64,000 bases of DNA from the NCBI GenBank assembly GCA_964230645.1, contig CAXRHT010000002.1:1696001-1760000 (forward strand), given 5' to 3'. This DNA is from Bdellovibrionales bacterium (GTDB taxonomy: Bacteria; Bdellovibrionota; Bdellovibrionia; Bdellovibrionales; JAGQZY01). Shown here piece after piece: positions 1-8,059 of this stretch; positions within the stretch are counted from its first letter, which is position 1; every line of letters begins with the position of its first letter. The notes beneath the pieces were generated by a model. That model saw nothing but the letters and a program-made list of their open reading frames with translations. It searched no databases and was not told the origin of the DNA. The position numbers and the translations under genes are program-made.

Positions 1-972
1 ATCGGTATCAATTTTATCGGTGTATGTAGCCAAGCGCCAGCGACGGATGGAAGCTTCTGTTTTTTCCATCTCGTGGTTAGCCCCCTTTACAAGCCGAACT
101 TTAATGGGAGCCCCGCCATCAGCCACACGTTTTTTTGCCCATTCTGTAAGATCTTTCTGCCAAATATGGGCGTCTGGTAAGTAAGCCTGCAATACAATTC
201 CAGCGTGGTAGTCTTTGAGCTCTGGATCTTCAAGAGCCTCTTTAAAGGCTTCCACCGTGATGCGAAGATCGCGGTACTCTTCCATGTCAAGATTGACGAA
301 TTTGTGAGCCTTTTCTCCATCAAAGTTAGTATAGGTGTGTTCTTTGGCTTGCTTAAAAATCTTTCGAATTCTAGGAACAAGGTCCGCCACCGTTTCGTCA
401 AAAGCAATGGGGTCAATTTGCGAATAAATGGTAGAGATTTTGATGGAAAGGTAATCGATATTGGGATTTTCCAAAGTGTTCATGTATTTATCGATACGAC
501 TTTGGGCCTCGGCCTCTCCTAAGACCACTTCACCAATGACGTTAATGTTCACTCGCGTATCGTCATGCTTACGGGCCTTCATATGTTTTGCGAGCTGTTT
601 GTCGTCAGCGGGCAACACCACCCTTTTGGTGTCTTCTCGGATATTTTCCACAAACATAGGTATAGAAATTTGCGGCATATAAGTACCGGCATGGCGGAAT
701 AGGAAAACAAGGAATCGTTCAGAGTTAGTGAAAAACGTGGCCATTCCGTATTTGGAAAATAAATAGTCAATTTGGTTTTCAACCCGTGAAACATCATGGC
801 TTCTAAAGCTCTGGTCCATCAGCTCAATCAAAAAGACTTTATCAACAGGATTGTTTAATAGTTTCTGCATTTTCGCATGGAAGGCGTTTTCAAAGTCTGA
901 CATTTTGGTGGTGGCGACATCTTGCCACTTTGTTGCTAGGTCGATGGCTTTGTTCATTACCTCTTTGTTCAT
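1..972 (-). CDS. putA: Bifunctional proline dehydrogenase / P5C dehydrogenase PutA, N-terminal part (runs off window start)
   Basis: Hand translation from ATG at 972: MNKEVMNKAIDLATKWQD...; PRODH motifs FVNLDMEEYRDL, GIVLQAYLPD, VRLVKGANHEME. Not in ORF track because it is truncated. Confidence 0.9.
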   Translation of the reverse strand, partial: MNKEVMNKAIDLATKWQDVATTKMSDFENAFHAKMQKLLNNPVDKVFLIELMDQSFRSHDVSRVENQIDYLFSKYGMATFFTNSERFLVFLFRHAGTYMPQISIPMFVENIREDTKRVVLPADDKQLAKHMKARKHDDTRVNINVIGEVVLGEAEAQSRIDKYMNTLENPNIDYLSIKISTIYSQIDPIAFDETVADLVPRIRKIFKQAKEHTYTNFDGEKAHKFVNLDMEEYRDLRITVEAFKEALEDPELKDYHAGIVLQAYLPDAHIWQKDLTEWAKKRVADGGAPIKVRLVKGANHEMEKTEASIRRWRLATYTDKIDTD

Positions 973-1224
973 TTTACCTCTCTCTTTTCCGCTCAATTTT
1001 AGGTTCTTCGTTTTCTACTTTGGGGACTGACAACAAGCAAGGTTTTGCTGTCCCATGACATTTGTAAATGCTTGAAATCAAAGGTTTTGAAGGGGCAGGT
1101 TAACATAATCTACAAAAAAAGACACATGACGTCTTACGCCATAGGGCCGAACCGTTATTTATTGAAGATGACTGCACTCTTGCTACACTAAATGGACTTT
1201 AATAGAGGAGCTGAGGAGATCATT

Positions 1225-2052
1225 ATGTCCATAAGAAAAATTTTCGTTTTATTAGTTAGCATCGGACTTTTAAGCGCTTGTTCATCAAGCGAAGAGAAGC
1301 AGGAGTTTCAAGCTAAAACCACTTCCACGATTGTTACTAAAGAGATTCCCTATATGGTGGGTGACAAGAAAATGAAGGGCTTTTTAGCCATTCCTGCCGG
1401 TGAAGGTCCTTTTCCTGGTGTGATTGTCGTACACGAATGGTGGGGTCAAACGGAGTATCCACGGGACCGTGCTCGTAAGCTTGCCAAAGCGGGATACGTC
1501 GGGTTTGCGGTTGATATGTATGGCGAGGGGAAAACTTTTGATCACCCCAAAGGAGCTAAAGCCTTCTCCCAAAAAGTGATGGAAGATCTCGACAAGGCCG
1601 AAGAAAACTTTCGAGTGGCCTTGGCGACCTTGAAGGCGCAAAAAAAGGTGAAACCTGAAAGCATCGCGGCTCTGGGCTACTGTTTTGGCGGAGGCATTGT
1701 TCTGGAGATGGCTCGCCGAGGAATCGACATCGACATGGTGGCCAGCTACCACGGCAACCTAACGCCAATCGTTAAAAACGAGGTCACAAAATTTCCAGCG
1801 CGAGTTCTTATCTTCAATGGTGCTAAGGACCCCTTCGTCCCCAAAAAAGCTGTTGAAACCACGAGAAAGAAGCTCAAAGAAGCCAATATTCGTTATAAGT
1901 TTTTTAATATCAAAAATGCCACTCATGGCTTCACCAACCCCGAAGCAACAGCAATGGGTAAAAAGCATGATCTTCCACTCGCATACAATGAGAAAGCCGA
2001 TAAAAAATCTTGGGAGGAAACTCTCAAAGCATTTAAAGTCGTCTTTAAATAA
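1225..2052 (+). CDS. Dienelactone hydrolase family lipoprotein
   Basis: HEWWG, GYCFGG nucleophile, HGFTNP; lipobox LLSAC; GAGGAG upstream of ATG 1225. Confidence 0.9.
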   Translation: MSIRKIFVLLVSIGLLSACSSSEEKQEFQAKTTSTIVTKEIPYMVGDKKMKGFLAIPAGEGPFPGVIVVHEWWGQTEYPRDRARKLAKAGYVGFAVDMYGEGKTFDHPKGAKAFSQKVMEDLDKAEENFRVALATLKAQKKVKPESIAALGYCFGGGIVLEMARRGIDIDMVASYHGNLTPIVKNEVTKFPARVLIFNGAKDPFVPKKAVETTRKKLKEANIRYKFFNIKNATHGFTNPEATAMGKKHDLPLAYNEKADKKSWEETLKAFKVVFK

Positions 2053-2060
2053 GGATTAAA

Positions 2061-3212
2061 ATGGCGGAACCCCTAAAGAACGCGATCGATGATTCCTACC
2101 TCTTAAAGCTTGGACGAGAGATTAGTCGCTACCAAAAAGACTTCTCTCCGACCGCTTTTAGAAATGAGTGCTTGGGAAAAGACTGGGACGATTTGGCTCT
2201 CAAAGAGCGCATCACTCGTATTACCCAGAGTCTTGAGAATCACCTACCGGGAACCTTCAAGCAAAAAATAGCGACTTTAAAAAAGGTGGCTCCTCAATTC
2301 ACTGGCTATAAAGCTTTTTACTTTCCGGAGTTTGTTTCAACATTCGGCATGAGTGAAAAGGATCGCCAGACGTCTCTTGAGGCCATGAAAACCTTTACAC
2401 GCTATTCAAGCTCCGAGTTTGCGGTTCGCCCTTTTATTCAAAAAAATCCGAAAGAAATGATGGAATGGATGAAGAGTTTGGCAGAGAGTAACAACGAGGA
2501 TGAAAGACGCTTGGCTTCTGAAGGTTGTCGCCCTCGCCTGCCTTGGAGTTTCAATCTAAAAGAATTTATCGATGATCCAAGTCCTATTTTTCCCATTCTT
2601 GAAAAACTCGCCAATGACCCCTCCCTGTATGTGCGGCGCTCAGTGGCTAATAATCTTAACGATATTTCAAAGGACCACCCCAAAAAAGTTCTGAGTTGGA
2701 TTAAAAAGCTAGTAAAGAAAAACAAAAGCTCTGAGACACTCTGGATTGCCCATCAGTCGCTAAGGACGTTGCTGAAAAAAGGTAACAGTGAAGCCCTAAA
2801 AATACTCGGCTTCTCCGATCAGCCCCCTGTTAAAGCAAGCCCATTGAAGTTGTCCAGCACACACCTCAAGCTTGGTGAGACTCTTGAGTTTGAAATGAGT
2901 TTTGAAAACACTTCAAAAAAAGATGTGCCCTTGCTAGTGGATTTTATCTTCCATTTCAGAAAGAAATCCGGGGAAGTTAACCCAAAGGTTTTTCGTTGGC
3001 GGAAATTTGTTCTAAAAGCGGGTGAGAAAAAAAATCTGACGAAAAAACATCCTTTTAAAGATCTCAGCACCCGAGAGCATGTGGAGGGAGAGCAATTTCT
3101 CCAGGTTCAGTACAATGGTCAATTGACCACAAAAAAGAAATTCTTGCTTGAGGCAAAGAAAGCCAAAAAGAAAAAAAAGACTTCGAAGAAGAGCAAGAAG
3201 AAGAAGTCTTAA
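2061..3212 (+). CDS. DNA alkylation repair protein (HEAT-repeat AlkC/AlkD-like glycosylase) with Lys-rich tail
   Basis: SSEFAVRPF, RRLASEGCRPRLPW, YVRRSVANNLNDISKDHP; C-terminal Ig-like region. Confidence 0.85.
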   Translation: MAEPLKNAIDDSYLLKLGREISRYQKDFSPTAFRNECLGKDWDDLALKERITRITQSLENHLPGTFKQKIATLKKVAPQFTGYKAFYFPEFVSTFGMSEKDRQTSLEAMKTFTRYSSSEFAVRPFIQKNPKEMMEWMKSLAESNNEDERRLASEGCRPRLPWSFNLKEFIDDPSPIFPILEKLANDPSLYVRRSVANNLNDISKDHPKKVLSWIKKLVKKNKSSETLWIAHQSLRTLLKKGNSEALKILGFSDQPPVKASPLKLSSTHLKLGETLEFEMSFENTSKKDVPLLVDFIFHFRKKSGEVNPKVFRWRKFVLKAGEKKNLTKKHPFKDLSTREHVEGEQFLQVQYNGQLTTKKKFLLEAKKAKKKKKTSKKSKKKKS

Positions 3213-3266
3213 AATCAATGGAAGGAATTGCTTCCTATCCCCCCCTTCATTTGATAAAGAGTCCCT

Positions 3267-4007
3267 ATGGCTACAAAACAAATCTTAAGTTTTAATTTCG
3301 AACCCGGATATAAAGTTAAAAATAAATATGAGATCGTTAAGAAGCTCGGGGGCGGCTGGGAAGGCGAAGTCTATAAGGCAGAAGAAATCGTCAGCGGCAT
3401 CCCTGTGGCTCTTAAATTCTTTTACCCAAAGAGAAACCGCAAAAACAAGGTTGCCAACCAATATGCCCAGAGGCTTTATCGCCTCTCTGAGAGTTCCGTT
3501 TCGATCAATTATTACACGCAAGAGACGATGACAATTAAAGGCCAGCCGGTGACCTGTTTTGTTTATGAGTATGCTGAGGGAATGATTTTATCCCACTTCC
3601 TCAAGCGCCAGCCCGGTGGTCGGATTGGGATCATGCAAGGTCTGCTTCTTCTCCACTCCCTCGCTAAAGGTATTGAAAATGTCCATTTTCACAAGGAATA
3701 CCATGGTGATTTACACACCGATAATATTATCATTAAAAGAAAGGGACTCGGTTTCGAGTTTAAACTGCTCGATATGTACAACTGGGGAGATGCAAAAAGC
3801 TTGAATAAGGCCGAAGACATTCTTAATTTGGTCAGAATTTTTTACGAAGCCATCGGTGGTAAGAAATACTACTCTAAGCATCCCCAAGAAGTGAAAGATA
3901 TCTGCTGTGGGCTACGTTCAAACTTGATTTTAAAAAAGTTTCGAACAGCCACCTTGTTAAGGCAGCATATCGAAAATATCGAATGGACGAGCGAGACTCG
4001 ACTATAG
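3267..4007 (+). CDS. Small soluble protein kinase-like protein
   Basis: Gly loop LGGGWEGEVY, VALKFF, catalytic loop YHGDLHTDNII. Confidence 0.85.
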   Translation: MATKQILSFNFEPGYKVKNKYEIVKKLGGGWEGEVYKAEEIVSGIPVALKFFYPKRNRKNKVANQYAQRLYRLSESSVSINYYTQETMTIKGQPVTCFVYEYAEGMILSHFLKRQPGGRIGIMQGLLLLHSLAKGIENVHFHKEYHGDLHTDNIIIKRKGLGFEFKLLDMYNWGDAKSLNKAEDILNLVRIFYEAIGGKKYYSKHPQEVKDICCGLRSNLILKKFRTATLLRQHIENIEWTSETRL

Positions 4008-4029
4008 GACCTTTCTTTTATGCTCATCA

Positions 4030-4860
4030 ATGGATGTGATGAGTGTAAGAGATAACTCTGGAGCGACATGGATGGCAAAAGCGGAACTGGTACTGCAAGC
4101 AGACTTTGACCAACCTCACGTTTTTGAGGAAAAAGAGTCGCTCATCTATTTTTCCAAAAAATCTCCTTTCAAAGACACTTGTAATGAAGACGCTATTGGA
4201 ATTTTCCCGGTGGGTGATGGAATGGTTTTTGTAGTCGCCGATGGAGCTGGTGGTCACCCCAAAGGGGAAGAGGCGGCAAGAAGAGTGCTCGTACAAATGG
4301 AAAAACATTTGAAAGCCCGAGACCCCAAAGCGGAGTCTTTAAGAATTCCGATCATCAACGCTATTGAGCAAGCCAACAAAGAACTTCTTGATGAAGGTAT
4401 CGGTGCTAGAACAACAGTGACTGTCTGTGAGGTCTTTAATAACAAAGCTCGCGGCTATCAGGTGGGAGATTCCACATTGTTTATCTGCGGACTCCGCGGA
4501 AAAATTAAATACAAATCCACCTCCCATTCTCCTGTTGGCTACGGAATTGAAGCTGGACTTATTGACGAACATGAAGCCCTGGATCACCCCGACCTTCATT
4601 ATATTTCCAATCTCGTGGGCGAGAGTGGAATGAAAATAGAAATTGGTCCAGAGATTGAGCTCAACCCAAAGGATTCGGTTTTCTTGGCGTCTGATGGACT
4701 CTTTGATAACTTCCATCCCAATCAGATTGTAGAGATTGTCCGCAAGGGAGAAATGGCTAAAATCTCTACTGAATTGATGAACTCTATCGACGAAAAAATC
4801 TACAAACAAGACGACTCAAAAAAAGACGACATCAGTTTTATTCTCTTTAAAAACGAATAG
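4030..4860 (+). CDS. PP2C/PPM-family Ser/Thr phosphatase (start uncertain)
   Basis: NEDA, VVADGAGG, VGDS, LASDGLFD, DDISFI motifs. Confidence 0.9.
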   Translation: MDVMSVRDNSGATWMAKAELVLQADFDQPHVFEEKESLIYFSKKSPFKDTCNEDAIGIFPVGDGMVFVVADGAGGHPKGEEAARRVLVQMEKHLKARDPKAESLRIPIINAIEQANKELLDEGIGARTTVTVCEVFNNKARGYQVGDSTLFICGLRGKIKYKSTSHSPVGYGIEAGLIDEHEALDHPDLHYISNLVGESGMKIEIGPEIELNPKDSVFLASDGLFDNFHPNQIVEIVRKGEMAKISTELMNSIDEKIYKQDDSKKDDISFILFKNE

Positions 4861-4939
4861 AGAATGCCCCCATAAATCTCATTATGAAATTAGATCATTA
4901 GTTGTTCTCCTATGGGGTCATTTATGGTAGCAATAAGAT

Positions 4940-6208
4940 ATGAAGAACGTAATTCCGGCAATATTTGTATTAGTCCTTTCTATTCTTACACTTAATGCAG
5001 CGCATGCTCAGGAGAGACTCCCCGTTTTTGACGAGATGATCATCCTAGCCCCCCTGCCTCTCAGCCACGAAACCTACACGGTTAAAAAAAATTCGTCGGT
5101 GCATCAGGCCTTGCTTGATGCGGAGATCGAGCCCCAAATCATTCACGATATTGTGAAAGTGGCCCGTCCAAAATTTAATCTTCGTCACGTTCAACCTGGC
5201 ACTCGTTTTGTTATCTCAAAGGAAGCGACGGGAGATCTTAAGCGCATCAGCTTTGATATTTCCCAGCTCACTCGCCTGCAATTGGATTTTTCTCATAACC
5301 AATGGAGCAGCGAGATTGTCGATGTCGAAACCACTAAAAAATTGGTTCACTTTAACGGAGTCATCAACGACAGCCTTTGGGCATCGGCCGTTGAACAAAA
5401 ACTTTCTCCCAGTGTGATCGTCGACTTTGCCGAGGTTTTTGGCTGGCAAGTGGACTTTTCTCGTGAAGTGAGAAAAGGTGATATGTGGCGATTTACGGTG
5501 GAAAAACTTTTCGCCGAAGGTCAGCACGTAGGCTACGGAAATATTGTCTACGCAGAATACAAAAACGGTCCAGAGCTCTACACCGCTTACTACTATCAAA
5601 ACAAAGTCACAAAAACTCGCGGCTATTTTGACGAAAATGGTGAGTCCTTAAGAAAAGTATTTCTTAAAAGTCCCATTAAATTTGGAAGAGTCACCTCTCA
5701 TTTTTCTCGTCGTCGGTTCCACCCGATCCACCGTCGCTACAAAGCCCATAACGGTGTGGATTACGGAGCCCCGCGTGGAACTCCGATCCGTGTGGTTGGT
5801 GAGGGAAGGATCGTAAAAATTGGTCGCTACCGTGGGTCAGGTAAAATGATCGTTGTTGACCACGTGGCAGGTTACAGAACCAAGTATCTTCACATGAGTC
5901 GCTTTAAGCGTGGCATGCGCCGTGGATCAAAAGTTCAGCAAGGTGATATTATTGGTTACGTAGGAGCCACTGGTTATGCCACAGGCCCTCACCTTCACTT
6001 TGAAATGTCTAAACATGGCCGCCTCATGGACCCTCTTAAGGTGAATCTTCCAGCCGCTGATCCTGTGCCTAAATCAGCTCTGGCTCATTTCCGTGATTTT
6101 GTTATAGAAATCAATGAGTCTATTGCAAGTCAGTACCGTCGTACAGCAAGCCAAGACCCTGAGGAAGCTATTCCTTTAAAGGCCAAGACCTCTAAGCTTC
6201 AGAAATAA
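4940..6208 (+). CDS. M23 family peptidoglycan DD-endopeptidase (MepM-like)
   Basis: Signal peptide; HNGVDY (HxxxD) and GPHLHFE (HxH) zinc motifs. Confidence 0.9.
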   Translation: MKNVIPAIFVLVLSILTLNAAHAQERLPVFDEMIILAPLPLSHETYTVKKNSSVHQALLDAEIEPQIIHDIVKVARPKFNLRHVQPGTRFVISKEATGDLKRISFDISQLTRLQLDFSHNQWSSEIVDVETTKKLVHFNGVINDSLWASAVEQKLSPSVIVDFAEVFGWQVDFSREVRKGDMWRFTVEKLFAEGQHVGYGNIVYAEYKNGPELYTAYYYQNKVTKTRGYFDENGESLRKVFLKSPIKFGRVTSHFSRRRFHPIHRRYKAHNGVDYGAPRGTPIRVVGEGRIVKIGRYRGSGKMIVVDHVAGYRTKYLHMSRFKRGMRRGSKVQQGDIIGYVGATGYATGPHLHFEMSKHGRLMDPLKVNLPAADPVPKSALAHFRDFVIEINESIASQYRRTASQDPEEAIPLKAKTSKLQK

Positions 6209-6290
6209 ATTCCAGTTCTTATCCTGTCCTTTGACTTAACAATAAGTCTAAAAACTTGGACAGGACAGCTTTCCTTTGCAAAAATAAAAC

Positions 6291-6800
6291 ATGCTTAAAA
6301 AAGTCATTCTTATTACCGTGTTTTGTTTTCCTCTCACCTCTTGGTCCTATTTTCATTTTGAACCAGGTATAGGTTACAACCGAGGTCATTATCAAACCAA
6401 CAAACTCCAGGGAATTGGCCTCACTTTAAAAACCGGGGCTGAGTTTCAAAAGTTTTTTATCTTGGCTGATATTGGCTACCATGATCTTCAATTAGGCTCG
6501 ACTCCAACCTCCACGGCCCTTGACGGTGGTCTTGCCATTGGTGGTGACTTCAAGTCTTGGCGTTTTTGGTTTACCTACCTTGCGATGGCACAATTAGAAA
6601 CCGAGTCTGGCGGGGTTACATCGACCGTTTCTGGGGATGGATTTAAGCTTGGAATTTCAGGGCAGCTCTCGCAGAAAGCTTACATTAATTTAGAGGTTCG
6701 GTTTATTGACTACAACAAACTGGAATCGGATGGGGCTTCAAGCGACATTACTCAGTTCATGGACGCGGCCTTACTTTCAGTGAGTTGGAAGCTTCTCTAA
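6291..6800 (+). CDS. Small outer-membrane beta-barrel-like protein
   Basis: Signal peptide, alternating hydrophobic beta strands, terminal strand LLSVSWKLL. Confidence 0.6.
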   Translation: MLKKVILITVFCFPLTSWSYFHFEPGIGYNRGHYQTNKLQGIGLTLKTGAEFQKFFILADIGYHDLQLGSTPTSTALDGGLAIGGDFKSWRFWFTYLAMAQLETESGGVTSTVSGDGFKLGISGQLSQKAYINLEVRFIDYNKLESDGASSDITQFMDAALLSVSWKLL

Positions 6801-6825
6801 GGCTTCAAGTAAGAGGCTCGGTCGC

Positions 6826-7001
6826 GGCTACTCCTCTATTCAGGAAACATTTCATCGGAACTCTCCCGCGAGGCACGCACCCGGGTGCACTTCGTCTCCC
6901 GTGAGGCATCACTCCGTGCTGCTTCACGAGATACGCAGCGCTCGTTGCTCGAGCCTCGCGGGAGAGTTCCGATGAAATGTTTCCTGAATAGAGAAGTAGC
7001 C
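6826..7001. repeat. 176-bp palindromic element with 49-bp inverted arms (MITE/REP-like long hairpin)
   Basis: 6826-6874 is the reverse complement of 6953-7001 with one mismatch; the interior also pairs (cgtgaggca/tgcttcacg); lies between convergent genes. Confidence 0.9.
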
Positions 7002-7061
7002 TCTTTATTCGTTACTGTAGAGTTTAGAGACTTTTGGTGGTTTCGGCCGGTTCTACTTTTT

Positions 7062-7937
7062 TTAATAGAAGTTGAAGCAGATGTTTTTGGCGATTCTTGA
7101 GACTTTTCTGTTGCCTGAGCCTACGGGTAAGGTGGCGTAGACTAGGGTTTCGAAGCCTTGGCGGACGACCATGCCGAAGCCGATGGAATTTTCTATGATC
7201 ATTTTTAGGCCGAGGCCGCTTCCTAGGTTGTCGTTATTTCGGTGTTCTACTTTGGCGAGTCTTGAATCGTGGAAAACTTGGTGGAGTCTCTTTTTTACTC
7301 TCATTTTATTGACCGAACCAAATGGGTCTCGGCAAGTGATGGCAAAAATTTCGTTATTAAAGGAAAGTTGGATTTCTCCTTTGTAACCTTCTGGATAAGA
7401 TATTTCTTGGTTTCTTGGAGCGGTCTGGTAGAGGTAGTTGCCACTTTCATCCGTTGGGGCTGAGTACATGGCGTTTGAGAAAAGCTCGCTAATAATGATC
7501 TTCATATTTTGTTTTATGCTTGAGTTCTTACTGTTCTGATTCACAAACTCTTCACACTGAAATAACAAACCCTCTTTATCTTTTGTTGAGGTAAAGGGAA
7601 GTGTAATTGTGCGTTTACTGCTTTGAGCATTTCTTGTAATTACGGGAATGGGGCTTTTCAAGAATACATCGGGATATTTGCAAATCATCGCACTCATTAA
7701 CAAATTGTAGAGAAAATATTCGTGTTTTTTTTGCATTAAAAAACAAAGGCCGACTTCATCGACCATGCGAAAGATTGTGGAAAGTTGCACTTCCTCTCCA
7801 ACAAACACTATTTTATGAAGATCTCTTTTTACCTGGTTTACCTGTTCGAAATCTAAGACCTCAACGTCCTTCAATAGATTCAACAATCTTTTATCAAGAC
7901 TGTTGGCTGCAATTCCAATGCGATCTAATAATTTCAT
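7062..7937 (-). CDS. Histidine-kinase-like ATPase (HATPase_c / anti-sigma-like) domain protein
   Basis: N-box ISELFSNAMY, G1-like CRDPFGS, G2-like GSGLGLKMI. Confidence 0.7.
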   Translation of the reverse strand: MKLLDRIGIAANSLDKRLLNLLKDVEVLDFEQVNQVKRDLHKIVFVGEEVQLSTIFRMVDEVGLCFLMQKKHEYFLYNLLMSAMICKYPDVFLKSPIPVITRNAQSSKRTITLPFTSTKDKEGLLFQCEEFVNQNSKNSSIKQNMKIIISELFSNAMYSAPTDESGNYLYQTAPRNQEISYPEGYKGEIQLSFNNEIFAITCRDPFGSVNKMRVKKRLHQVFHDSRLAKVEHRNNDNLGSGLGLKMIIENSIGFGMVVRQGFETLVYATLPVGSGNRKVSRIAKNICFNFY

Positions 7938-8059
7938 TCAAAACCCAAAACTAAAAAGGTGTTTATGACCCACTCTATAGTTAATAATATCAACTTCTGA
8001 AAGGATGCACAAAACCTCTCAGCATTGGTGAGAGACAATTGTCCAGTGTTTTTTTTGTT

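Noticed and set aside
87..797. Short ORFs listed in the track over 87-797
   Set aside because: Shadow frames of the putA coding region; most other short overlapping ORFs in the track were dismissed the same way
6885..7100. 71-aa ORF through the hairpin
   Set aside because: Arises from the palindrome, has no RBS and overlaps a convergent gene
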